DNA of 64,000 nt from Mobula hypostoma (taxonomy: Eukaryota), in contig NC_086097.1 of assembly GCF_963921235.1 (NCBI RefSeq), forward strand, positions 128,900,001 to 128,964,000, written 5' to 3'. The first letter of the stretch is position 1. Every line of letters begins with the position of its first letter. Both the position numbers and the translations under genes were made by a program. Positions 24,501 to 37,235 of the stretch are shown one piece after another. The notes beneath the pieces are model-generated. The model was not told where the DNA came from. It ran no database searches and saw only the letters and a list, made by a program, of their open reading frames with translations.

Positions 24501-27500
24501 CTTGGTGAATGGAATATGCAGGGGAAAGGCTCTGCTGGAAGACAGATTTCAGGGGATAAAATAAATCCGAATATAATACCTTCTTCATATCATGAAGAAA
24601 GGATTTCTTGCATATAAATCACAAGAAGCCGGAGTGCTTACTCTTCATTAGGAAGCCAATCCTTGACCATCTAACTGATGATAGATTTATCCAAAAGAAT
24701 AATCACAATCCACCTTATTTTCAAATATTTGCCTGTAGTCGCAGATTATCTGGATGTGAGAAAAAAACTATTTGACTGAAGAAACTTTGATGTAGCACTT
24801 ACAAATTTCTGTTGTGAAAACATCTTGAGGGCAATCAGCTACTACTAACATGTGTCAGCAAAGTTTCATATAAATTGCATCAGAGATTACAGATAGCCTT
24901 TCCCTCATTGTCCACAAAGTCTACAAAATAGTTTGTAAACCTACAGAAACATTATGGAAATTTGCAATTCTCTCCACCAACAATCTTATTCCTCTCCTCA
25001 ATAAAGCCGAAACAATAATCACAAGGGTGACATGAGACAATTAATTAGATCCCTCAGCTTGGCTGCTTGTAAATAATTAATCTGTTCATTATGAACTTGA
25101 ATTGATTGGAGTTCTTTACCTGAAACAAAATATTCACGACTACACCTGTATTGTGCAGGGGCTGCAAATGAAACAACACAGTTCTGGCATTAATCAAGGA
25201 GCAAAGAATGAATCACATTTGCTCCTTTATTTTAATTGCAAGGACATATTATGAATACAGAGCCTGAAATGTATTTTTAATGAAAAATACTACATCCTGA
25301 CCTAATCATATCAACCTTATTCCACCTAATTAAGGATGCAAAAATCATTACAGTTGCAAAATATTAGTTCCCGCTCCATCAAGCTGCTGGCTTCTCCTTC
25401 ATGAATATAAATTTTTTTTATTCCATGATAAATAGTTAATGAGGTAAAAATGACAAAATTTGCATGTAGGCAAATTAGTTTAATAGGAGGATGACTTATT
25501 TGACTGAAGAAAGTGACCTTATTCTGGGCAAAGGAATAAAAAAACTATAAACAGAAGGCAGATGTCTTGAACAATACCACACCTCAACCTAGTGTAAGAG
25601 ACTGAAGTGAAACAAATAAGCATTTTCATCATGATGCCAAAAGTACTTAAATTCTAATATGTTTTAGTAGGCTGCTGGCAGCAAACTTATGCTAAAATAC
25701 AACATGTTATGACAATGCACCACTCACATCTCCGTAGATGGGTAAGCAGAGATTTTACAAGTTGCTATAGGAATTATTGCAATGGTGTTGAATGAATTGC
25801 CCAATCAGCATCCCTCTAATGCTAAAATTTAAATGGCTTTAAGAAATCTATTGCCAAAAATATTTGACTTCATAATTTATACTCTTCAAGCTGAATCAAA
25901 CAGAAGAGAACATTTAAAAGTCCAAGCAAATTATATTTTGTTCTTTGTGCAATGCGCTGTCGGAAACCTGCATGCATTATAAGTAGAGTCGGATTCTGTT
26001 TTTGCTGAGGATATACCATCAGCCCCAGGGGGTCTTGCAAAGTAAAAGACCATGGTTCGGCTTTAATGCATTTCATTTTGTTTCCTAAAATAAACGCTGT
26101 GTGCTTTAAAGCCACGCCATCTCTAATGCAACTTTAATTTGAATGCTGGTTTGTGCATCTTTATAAAATTAAAATGGGGCCAATTCTTAAATGGCACTGT
26201 GTAACTATAAATTCATTATTAAACATGCCAGTTGAACGAAGCGCTCCCCTAATTGCTGGACATCTTTCTTCTTTTTCTGACACAAGAGAAAGAGCAAACT
26301 ATTTTGCTATCTCCTTCACTTCTCCACGTTACGACACACAGGAAAAGCTCCTGTGGCTAAATTAACCCTCTCACTCAGGAGCAAGGGTGACAATGCAGCC
26401 CATGACTCCTCCGAATTTGCATGAGGTTTTATTCTTCCACAATCAGCCCCTAAAAGGATGCATTCCTGTGCAACATTGAGGCATTCTATCCAACAATTCA
26501 GTTGGGATCTGATGTAAATATGCTCCCAGGCCCTACACCACTTGGGCAAACTGAGAATGCTCCTCTTTTCCTTGATGCACGGGCAAAATAGAACACAGAA
26601 AGTAAATTTAAAGTCACCAAAAAGGTTGCATCTCCCTTGCTTCAAAGTGTATTTTGAAAGCGTCTCCATGCTCTGATATTTTCCACATGAACATCTGCAA
26701 TTTATTAGCTGTTTTATTGTGGACTGACAGGAAATCTTAATATTCTAGAAGTTAAAAAGCAGTGCAACTGCAGAAATAATGTCACAAATTATCCAAATAC
26801 CATCAAGCCACTTGAACCACATTTTGCTAAACTCATTTTAGCGTAAGTGTAGCCATTAATAGCTTCCAAATACTGTAACATCAAATTCACCCATCTCAAA
26901 ATATGGATTTTGCTGTTTTCACTTTGAATTCCAATATAGCTTTTTAAACATTTTCCAGTGCATTTCCTTCCATTTTTGATAGAATCCACCTTCAAGGAGA
27001 GATATTTTCCCTGCTAAATCAGCACATGTCATATCAAATGATGAGATCAGATTTGCCAAAGCTCCCCCTTGAAATCTGTCAGTTACAGAGGCACCTTGTT
27101 GTATTCACAACTCAGTGTTACTGAAAGTAAAACACACAGAAGTCACTGGCAGATGGGAAGAATAGTGATATTGTGCAGCGAGGCAGCAGAAAGCAGTAAC
27201 ACACTGCCTTCAAGAAGATATCACATTACAGTCTGACAGGCCAGAGTGGTAATAGGGGAACACTTACTTGAGGAATGGTAGTGATGATTTAAAAAAAAGC
27301 AAATCACTTCCACAACAAGGAAGAGTTATTTTTAATGCAGGTCCAAGGTTATTGACAAGCTATCATAACTATTAAATCTCAAACACTGGATCATATTTTT
27401 TGAAACATAAGTTAACATGGATTACATGGAAAATTTTATTTGGTAGATATTATTAAACTGAGCAAATTCTTGGCTTATTTTTTCCCCAATTTTGTTACTT

Positions 27501-28600
27501 TTTTTAATTAAAGCTAATGTTGTCAAAGCTCAGCTGTTGCAGGCCTGTGTTTTACATTTCAAATTATTTTTGCACAAGTCATTAAATTCTACAATAAAAT
27601 TTGCTCATTTCTGCTTAAGGAAATGTGCCCGGGATACAGGTAGTAGTCTGGTAAACTAGTGGTAAAAGCCTACAGAGAACAACCCATAAGAAACATTACA
27701 TAAACACAAAAGTAATCAGGTTTCCTGAACTCCCTGTGAAGTCTAAATTGTTACCAAAAATGAATTTGTTGTAATAATACAGAAGACTGGCTGTAAGTAA
27801 GTTGTTTTCTCGATGTTGAACTGTTCCGGTCTGATCTGAAAGTTTAATTGGGTGCTGTGTTTTATCTCACCACATGAACACAACAATTTAAGCAATGCCA
27901 CGCTGATCTTTGGAAAGGATATATCCACAAATGCCTCAAAAAACAAAAATGAAAGACTATACTACAGCACAGAATTCAAGTCTGTCTTTATTACACAGGT
28001 AAATAGCAAAAGGATAGTAGTACTCAATTCCAGTACCATGGACTGAATTGTCTCCTTTTTACTAAGTTCTAGACTGCGTTGTCTTTGCAAGCAGATGATA
28101 CTCGGATTTTATTTTTAAACATGCTCAATATCATTAGATTCAAATGTGCAAGCTTGTCTAATTTTAGGAAATTAAAAGACTTTAAGAAATTAAGAAAAGA
28201 CTTGCATTTCTGTTGCAGCTCTTGCCTCCCCTTTGAGGACATCCTAAAGCACTTTATAACCATTGAAATAGTGATATTTCTGTAACCCGAGAAATATTAA
28301 ATGGGTTTTAAACTGTGGTCAAAACAACAACCAAATCATGCTTAAATTGGAATTTTAAATGGATTTATATTTTACTTGTAGTTCTGCCACTGTCATCTAC
28401 TGCCACCATGCATCTTCTTGACTAGCAGGGAAAAAGCTTCTCTCGGTAATGGTGAAGTTTTGTTGATCATGGGAGGCCAGTGAGTTTCAGCCCTGACATC
28501 AATTCTGTTCAACTCCTCACATCTCAAATGACTTCCCATCATGGCTCAACTCTACCTCTTAAATTATTAACTTATTTATAATTATCACATGGTGTATTCT
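21550..28600. promoter_or_regulatory. About 7 kb intronic block with no recognisable transposon; candidate conserved non-coding/enhancer cluster
   Basis: No repeat family seen elsewhere in the window is recognisable here. Many TAAT/ATTA motifs (e.g. acaattaattagat near 25037, cctaattaagg near 25325). Function is inferred only. Confidence 0.4.
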
Positions 28601-28619
28601 GAGGTACAGTGAAAAGCTG

Positions 28620-28951
28620 TTGAACTGGAAGGGATAACTGCAGTCAGCTTCACTCACCCCATCACTAAACTGTTCCCACAACCTAGGGACTCACTTTCAG
28701 GGACTCTTCATCTCACGTTCTCAATATTCATTGTTTATTTTTTATTGTTATTATTATTTTTGTTTTGTATTTGCACAGTTTGTTGTCTTTTGTACATTGG
28801 TTGTTTGTCCGTCCTGTTGGTTGCAGTTTTTGATTGGTTCCATATTGTTTCTTGTACTTACTGTGAATGCCCACAAGAAAATGAATCTCAGGGTTGTATA
28901 TGGTGACATATATGTACTTTGATAATAAATTTACTCTGAACTTTGAACTTT
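28620..28951 (+). mobile_element. Rex1-type 3'UTR
   Basis: aagaaaatgaatctcagggttgtatatggtgacatatatgtactttgataataaatttactctgaactttgaacttt. Confidence 0.65.
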
Positions 28952-28974
28952 CATTTGCATGCCCTCAATATAAA

Positions 28975-30143
28975 TTATTCCACCTACCATCATTCCCAGA
29001 ATCCTGATTGAGAAGTTGCAGAACCTGGGCCTCTGTACCTCTCTCTGTAAATAGATACTCGACTTCCTAACTGGAAGACCACAATCTGTGCGGAGTGGTG
29101 ATAACATATCCTCTTTGCTGATGATCAACATTGGCGCACCTCGGGTATGTGCTTAGCCCACTGCTCTACTCTCTGTATACGCATGACTGTGTGGCTAGGC
29201 ATAGCTCAAATACTATCTACAAATTTGCTGACGATACAACCATTGTTGGTAAAATCTCAGCTGGTGACGAGAGGGCGTAGAGGAGTGAGATATGCCAAAT
29301 GGTGGAGTGGTGTCGCAGCAACAACCTTGCACTCAACGTCAGTAAGATGAAAGAGCTGATTGTGACTTCAGGAAGGGTAAGATGAAGGAACACATACCAA
29401 TCCTCATAGAGGGATCAGAAGTGGAGAGAGTGAGCAGTTTCAAGTTCCTGGGTGTCAAGATCTCTGAGCATCTAACCTGGTCCCAACACATTGATGTAGT
29501 CATAAAGAAGGCAAGACAGCGGCTATACTTTATTAGGAGTTTGAAGCGATTTGGCATGTCAACAAATACACTCAAAAACTTCTATAGATGTACAGTGGAG
29601 AGCTTTCTGACAGGCTGCATCACTGTCTGGTATGGGGGTGGGGGCTACTGCACAGGACCAAAGGAAGCTGCAGAGGGTTGTAAAACTAGTCAGCTCCATC
29701 CTGGGCAATAGCTTACCAAGGACCCAGGACATCTTTAGGGAGCTGTGTCTCAGAAAGGCAGCATCCATTATGAAAAAACTCCAGCACCCAGGGCATGCCC
29801 TTTTCTCACTGTTACCATTAGGTAGGAGATACAGAAGCCTGAAGGCACACACTTAGTGATTCAGGAACAGCTTCTTCACCTCTGCCATCTGATTCCTGAA
29901 TGGACTTTGAACCTTTGGACACTACCTCACTTTTTTTAAATATACAGTATTTCTGTTTTTGCACATTTTTAATAATCTATTCAATATATGTAATCAATTT
30001 ATTTGTTTATTTATTATGTTTTATTTTATTTATTATGATTTTTTTTCTTTCTCTGCTAGATTATGCATTGCATTGAACTGCTGCTGCTAAGCTAACAAAT
30101 TGCACGTCACATGCCAGTAATAATAAACCTGATTCTGATTCTG
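28975..30143 (+). mobile_element. Rex1/Babar LINE, 5'-truncated, RT region to 3' tail
   Basis: ILDFLTGRPQSVR, LSPLLYSLYTHDC, YKFADDTTIVG, FKFLGVKIS, KKARQRLYFIR, LLPLGRRYRSLK. Ends aataaacctgattctgattctga. Confidence 0.93.
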
Positions 30144-30144
30144 A

Positions 30145-30590
30145 TATATAAGTACATTGAGGTAGTGGAAAGGAAAATAGAATGCAGAATAGAGTGTTAC
30201 AGTTACAGAGGAAGTGCAGCACCAGTGGGCAAATGAAAGTGCAACTGGCCGTGATGCAGTCGACTGACAGATCAAGAGATTACTTTTATCACATAAGAGA
30301 TCCATTCGAGAGTTTTATAACAGCAGGATAGAAGCTGGATCGTAACCTGGCATTACTTCCTCTGTATTTCTTGTAGTTTCTATCTGATTGAAGGTTCTGG
30401 GGGGTGGGGAGAGGGAATGACCAGAAATGAAATGATCCTTGATGATGTTAGCTGCTTTCCTGAAAGTGCATGCAGAGTCAATGGAGGGGAGGCTGGTTTG
30501 TGTGAAGGACTGGGCAGCATTCACAACTTCTTGCAACTTGTTTCAGTCTTGGAAAAGCCGTTGCTACACTAAGCAGTGATGTATTCCCAT
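30145..30590 (-). mobile_element. Rex1/Babar 3' fragment
   Basis: QEVVNAAQSFTQTSLPSIDS..KAANIIKD on the minus strand. Confidence 0.75.
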
Positions 30591-31019
30591 CTACTATCTG
30601 GATCCCCTTTTCTTCCTGAAGTTCCACCAACAAATGGACCTGAGAAAGATGGTCGAGAACTGGCCTTCACAGACTGTGGGAGGAAAGAATGAGAAGCCCA
30701 TTCTGGGGTTCAGTAAATATGTTAATGTAATCCTGCACAGCAAGCTTGGCTCTCAGCGTCTGCTGCTGAATATGTGAGTGCAGCCAGCCTTGAATGTAAT
30801 GTTGGCTCAAACAAAGCATCCTCTAATACGCAGGCCTTGCTTGGAAGCTGGCAGCACTGGACACTGTCAATGGAATTGGCAGGTGGGTGGTTGGATAAAT
30901 GCAAAGTATCTCCAAAAATCGCACTGTAGCTAGAGAAAACACACAGTTTCAATAGGCCTGCCTCTGGGTGGAGGTGAACCATAGATCACCGAGATGCTCT
31001 GAAGAGACAGACTATCTGC

Positions 31020-31920
31020 ATAACCATTCATAAGATGATGGAAAATAAGGGCAGGCGTAGGGCTTACAGTCCAGCGAGAATTGCTCAACCATTCAGTACG
31101 ATCATGGCCTCAACTCCCTCTTGCCTGTTTCCCATAACCATTCCCCTATAGTCCAAAACTCTGTGCACCTCAGTTCCAATATATTCAAAGACTCTATCTC
31201 CACAGCTGTGTTAGATTAAGATTTCCAAAGATTCATAACTTTCTAATCTCAATTCTAAATGGTCGACCGCTAGTTCATTATTATCTCCATGAGGAGAATT
31301 ATCCTTGCATCTTATTGGGTGCCTCGGGATCTTTTATGCTTCATTAAGGTTGCTCCTTATTCACCTATGCTCCAAGCTGAACAGGCCCAACCTATTCTCC
31401 AGGCCCAAACTCAAGAACTTTTGCTGAATTGCCTTCAATGAAATGACCCCAAACCCTTGAAAAAGTCCAAGTCTGAAAATATATCTCAACAATCTGCACA
31501 GCTATGGCAAGACTTAACCTTGTTCGTACTCTATAGCTATTAAAACAAAGGCCAACATTCCACTGCCTTTTTAATAAATTGGTGTATCTGAATGTTAAAA
31601 TAATTCCATGTCATGACGTCACAGAGCAAATAAAACACAGAAATGGATGCTTCACCCACTAAGTCTGTACTGACCATCAACCATCTATTTACACTAATTG
31701 TCTATTCATCCCATTTTTCATTCCAATGCGACAATAAACTCAACTTTGACTTTGATCCCACATTCTCATCAACTCCATCCAGATTCTTCCACTCTCCAGA
31801 ATGATTTATAGTGGCCAATTACAATAGCCATTTTTGGGATACGGAGGAAACCAGGGATCCTTAAAAGTCCATGTAGTTGAACTAGGATTGAACCTCGGTC
31901 TCTGGCACTCTGATGAAGTG
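31020..31920 (-). mobile_element. Degraded CR1 (31020-31600) and V-SINE (31620-31920)
   Basis: accattcagtacgatcatggc; aaggccaacattcc; ggaggaaaccaggga..ggattgaacctcggtctctggcac. Confidence 0.55.
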
Positions 31921-32082
31921 GTCCTTGAGCAGGAGATGGGCACATGTGTCGTTTCAATTGCCTGCTAAGCTTCGGCTGTTTGCAAATGAAAGAAAGATAC
32001 AGTATGTTCTTCTCCATTGCTAAAATGTTATTTTGCTATCCACCTTAATGTATTCAGTAGCTCTGTTTATGTGTATACTCAC

Positions 32083-32242
32083 CTTCCTTTTCTCACCGTT
32101 GATCCCCCTCCACTGCTCGGCTCTTTTCACTATGAGGCTCAACTCCTGATTGGACAGCTCCAGGTCCAGAGGAACAAAGAACCTCTCTTCAGTGGAGTGC
32201 AGTCGGTAGAAGGAATCCACCAGCTGCCCAGATGTCTGCAGG
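32083..32242 (-). CDS. ofcc1: Internal coding exon (160 bp, phase 2->0) of the same gene
   Basis: Acceptor cattcctaccttttcaag|C and strong donor AAG|gtgagt. Encodes (S)LQTSGQLVDSFYRLHSTEERFFVPLDLELSNQELSLIVKRAEQWRGINGEKRK. 164+160 = 324 bp keeps the frame. Confidence 0.8.
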
Positions 32243-32519
32243 CTTGAAAAGGTAGGAATGTGTTAAAACATATTGCAATTTATTTCATATTCCCAACATC
32301 TGCAGAACTTGGCTTTTTGGATTAAAACTGATTAATCTGATTTTCTTGTGTTCACTACTGTAATATTAATGAACATCTCTGCCCTCTAGTCCTTTAATCC
32401 ACAGGACAACTACCTGTCAATGTAAACCAGCAGCTGGATATGAAATCACATCACCTTTTTAACTACAATTAAGGATAGGCAGCTAATGCTGGCCTTGCTA
32501 TTGACACCAGCATTTCCAA

Positions 32520-32790
32520 AGGAAGGGATAAAAACATAGACTATATTCTAAATAGAGAGCAAAATCAGACATCAGAAGTGTTAAAGGACTTGGGAGTCCT
32601 AGTGCAGTGTGATTCAGTAATAAGTATAACAAATGCAATGTTGCTATTCGATTCCAGTGGACTAGAATATAAAAGTAAGGATGGGATGGTGAGACTTTAT
32701 AAGGCATTATTCAGACCACATAAGGAGTATTGAATGCCAGAGCAGACTTGACGGGCCAAATGGCTTAAATCTGATCCGATGTCTTATGGT
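32520..32790 (+). mobile_element. CR1 fragment
   Basis: ggacttgggagtcctagtgcag..ggactagaatataaaagtaagga..gacttgacgggccaaatggc. Confidence 0.7.
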
Positions 32791-34362
32791 TTAATAACAA
32801 TTAAAAATTACAATTAAAAAATTCTGAATTACTAAAGTTGGGAATTTTCTTCAGATGTATGTGCCGGATGCACAATGTATTAATGAGTGACCATTGAACC
32901 ACAGTTGTGAAATTTGTTTTCACTGACTCAATGGAGCTGATTTTCAGAGGATGCTGGGGGTGGGGGGGGATGTTGTCATTACATACCTTACTACAATGCA
33001 TATTTGACATGTGTGAATGGACAACATTCCAGTCTACCATCTTTCACTATATTCTAACAACATCCGAGCTATAACTTCACTTTCTTCTAAAAATGTGATA
33101 TGAAACCAGTGCAATCTTTCAAGAAAACAGTGTACCTCTTTAATATGTAATTAAAACCAGGATAACAGCACAGCCCATCTTGGTATGCTGCCTGAGGCCT
33201 TTCTCTTTTAGAAATAGGTCATACGCTATGTCACAAGTTCTGATATCAGCCAATAGGAAGCGGCAGCTTCTGAGTCAAGACACATCAGTGGCCTACATTT
33301 GCAACAATTCACTGCACTGTGAGTGGCAAAAGCCATTATTTTTGTCTTGTGTTTTAACACTGGTCACTTAGATAAAACTGACATTAGGCAGTGAACATGT
33401 GCTTCTGATATTAATGGGGAAATGACTCAGCTTTGATGCCCGAGACTGATATTGAAGAAATGAGAAAGAGTATATTCAAAGACAGAAACCCAGAGGTATG
33501 CTATAGCTATTCTGGATGCCTGAAAGCCAGTTATATATATGTGTGTGCGTGTGTGTGTGTTTAGCTTATTAACCCTCTCTCTTTGGCAGACCATCTCTCT
33601 TGCTTGCAGAGAACAAAACGAGTTCAAGGACTTTTATTCTGCTTCTCAATATTAGTTAAGGGTTATTCGTAAGTAAGGCCCCCTTTAGCCTTTCTGTGGC
33701 TTTTAAATTTTTGGTCATCATTAGTGGTCACACACCAGAGTCCAGAAATGCTAACTTAAATATCACACACTCCATTTGTGTTTCAGACATCACTCCTCAC
33801 CATGTTCACAGCAAGGAGGCAGTCTGTAACCCATTAATTGCTTTATCTGATTGAGTGGGACAACAAGAAGAAATATGATCCAAGGGATGGGTATCAAAAC
33901 CTGAATTAAAAAAGATTCCAAACAAAATATTTAATTTGTAATAGATAAGTTGATAGCATATGACTATGATTGTAACAAGTATAATATATTTAAGGGTGAT
34001 TAATTGACAACTGAATCATGTGGAGTTGAAATTTACATTTCCATCCATAAAATTAATGTTAAAATTTTGAATGGAGTGAGGGATTTGGGGAGACCTTCAA
34101 TATCATCAATTAATGGGATAAGCAGGAATAATAACTTTGGTTTCTCCTTTTCATTTATGCAGGAACTGCTATCTGGGATCTGACTGGAAAATGAATCAGC
34201 TCACCCACTGGACTGAGGGGTTTCTGTCAAACATAACACCAGACATTGCAGCATGCACCTCTTACGAGGAAGGCAGACCTGAAATGAAACTGGCATTTGT
34301 GCTGGAAGGACTGGTAAAAGACTTTCAGGCTTGTCACTTGTACAGCATTGGTCAGTAGCGGT

Positions 34363-34679
34363 TGTCAGGACCACACAGGCAGCTACCTGCCAGTCTCCAC
34401 TCAGCTCATAGGAGTCACCTGCCACTCATTTCCAGTTCATCACCTGCAGTCTGTTTGAACCCAGCCCTCATCTACAAGCCTTGTTCACCCATCAAACCAG
34501 CCAGCCTCAACCAGTTTCTCTTAGCCTTCAGTCGCCTTGTTGTGTCAAGTATCTGTTCTCTCTTGTTTTGATGACCCTTGTGACTTGTTATTTTGCAAAT
34601 TATTAGTACATTATCATTTACTGCTAAGCTGTCTCCGCTGCTCTGCTTTTGGGTCAAGTCTCCTCTATGTTTCCTGACA
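34363..34679 (+). mobile_element. Solo LTR (317 bp), Gypsy-type
   Basis: Terminal inverted repeat TGTCAGGA...TCCTGACA. cacctg motifs and ttttgggtc near the 3' end. Flanks gcggt/acagt may be a decayed TSD. Confidence 0.65.
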
Positions 34680-35774
34680 ACAGTGCTTCCCATCTATGCC
34701 CTTGTCCTTCCAGAACTTTGGAAACACCTGGTGAGGAGGATCCAGATCCATCTGGAGGCTTCCAACCAGGAATGGTCTTCGTAGTGAGTCTCCCATCACA
34801 CCACTGGGATGAACCATCTCCCAGCACAAGGGACAGGGAGATACACAGTTGCTCTTATTTGCTGAGGAGATCCTTGGAGGAATTCTTTCGGGGGTGGGGT
34901 TGTGGGGAGTCAGAGTCATAGCAGTGAGCGAAATAGGAGAAGTTGTTCAACAGGGATTCCGGTCAAATCATCAATCATTCCTCTCCTCACTTATCCTTGT
35001 CCTCATTTGACTCATCACTGCTCTATATTTGTGTTGAACCGGTGCCCCCACCAAGCAACCATTTTCGCCATTCCTTCCAGATCTAGGTGGCAGTAGAGGA
35101 AAAGGAAGATTGCTTCTGGGATTGTGTCACCACTCCCTCTGACCCTAACAATCACCAGCCTGTGCCTTAGAGGATAGCTAAGTGGTCCAGCAAGGAGGGC
35201 AGCTTTAGAGAATGCACACACCTTTTAGACCTCCACTATAGCAGGTCGATAAGTGGACTTCTAATAGTGGGTGTGCACACCACAGGATTATCAATTTTAG
35301 TGGAGTGCTTGTCATGGGGCTGTGTAACCTGCTGGAAGGTGTGAAGGGAGTTAGTGCCCTTCACACCTGTGGTAACAGGTGTCACCTATTACCACAGTCT
35401 GCCACAGGGCATATGGCAACCTTCATTCAGACTACATGTCGGACAGGATTTCAGTTATACCAACTTTTCTTCAGTGGTTGCATCTTAAGGAGATACGCAC
35501 GCCGATGCTGGGCTCCTCCACTTCCTTTAGCTTCGAAGACATCAATCTTGTTATGACTTCTGCAGCGGATCAGCCAAAAGCCAAAAAAGCCACCACTCTT
35601 TGCTTCGCGATTGAGTCTTCCAGCTACCAAGCTTCTTGCTTTTAGGTAGCACACCGTCATCTCCATCTAGGCCTCCTTCTGCCAGGATCAAATATTTATT
35701 AACTGGTGTCAACAGGCATGGTAGTTCTGAAGGGTTACAGACACTAAACATTGCTAAGTCTTTTCTTTCCCCCA

Positions 35775-35990
35775 TTTCTACTTGACTGGCTGAGTTCTTC
35801 CAGCATTTTGGTTTGTTTTAGGCAAAACCATTGTGTGCCATCTACAAAGTGCAGCACAATTGCCTGACACAAAATATGCTGGAGGAACTCAGAGGTCAGA
35901 CAGCATCCACGGAGGGGAATTAACAGTTGACATCTTGGGACAAGACCTTTCATCTCAGCCTGAAACATTGACTATTAACTCTTCTCTCTA
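35775..35990. mobile_element. Penelope 3'-tail fragments in both orientations
   Basis: gctgagttcttccagcatttt; gctggaggaactcag..cagttgacatcttgggacaagacctttcatc|tcagcctgaaacattgac. Confidence 0.7.
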
Positions 35991-37235
35991 CCCAACAACA
36001 GTATGGTAATACCTTCACTACTGCTACAGTTCACCATTCTCCTTGTATGGGCATTTGAGGATTGGCATTAAATGCAGGCATTGCCAATGAAGCCCACATA
36101 AAAATTGGAGGAAAATAATCCAAATTCACATTCATCACTTCAAGACTGGAGTTAGACTTCAAGATTAGTCCTTAAGGGAAGCCATTTACAGAGATACAAG
36201 TGGCATCTATTGGAATAATTTCACAATAACGACTACCACAGAGAAATACATAGTGTTTCCTCTGCTTTAAAGAACTAAAATTTAGTAAATCAGCACAGAT
36301 TTTGGTAGCTCACAGACCATTATGGTTTTCAATCTACTGCTTGTAGGATGAATATTGTGTCACTTCTTGTATTTTCCCGTTGTCCTGGGACATGTATTAA
36401 AGATTGTTTATGACTGACATCGAGATGTGTGAGCCCTTCATGACAATAAAAAGGCAAATGTGTTCTATGGGGATACACGGATTATTGCTGGGTCATCCTG
36501 TTTGCAATCTCAATCAACTATCTGGAGTTCACTGATAATATGGAATTGAATGGCAAATAATTCAGAAATGTTTTAAGGGTATTTTGACAAATGATTGGGT
36601 GAGGAAAGAGACTAACATGAAATCACTCACATTGGTAGAAAAAAGGCTTCCATAAAATACCCTAATCAAATCCACAATATCTTTCTGTATATTTTCCAGC
36701 AGTGACCAACTTTAGCAAGGCCTTCGACAGGGTCCCGCAAGGCAGGTTGTTCAGGAAGGTTCAGCCACTTGATATTTAGGGTAATGTGATGGATATTCAC
36801 TGTTCAGGGCTAGGTGGCTTTTTTGCCAAGCTCAGCTTTCTAATACAGCATTTGACACTTGTGGAAATCAAAGCATTCTTTTTGAATAAGTTAAACTTCC
36901 AACCAATATACTTTGTTTGGCTGCTTGTTGTAAACAGGAGTCAATCTTCAGTGCTTAACATAAGTGACAAGCAACAATCAATCTGTAGTTAAAAGGACAG
37001 CTTTGCAGGCATACAGCACTGTCTATAGAGCACAGGATGCTGGTCCACAGCATGGAGTTGGTTGAAGTGTAAAACAATGGGGGTCTATTAATTGGTCTGT
37101 ATATAGATCAAGGAAGCTTGCAGACCAGATTGATACTATCATTTAGCACATCAAATAGCTGATCTATGATTAGTTGGATGATATGAGGACTCAGAGGGTC
37201 ACCTCTCACAGCATTAATTTGCGGTATATGGGATA

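Noticed and set aside
30622..30773. Plus-strand open frame between an AG and AT|gtgagt
   Set aside because: Weak acceptor, no recognisable peptide, abuts a Rex1 fragment, and antisense to the host gene.
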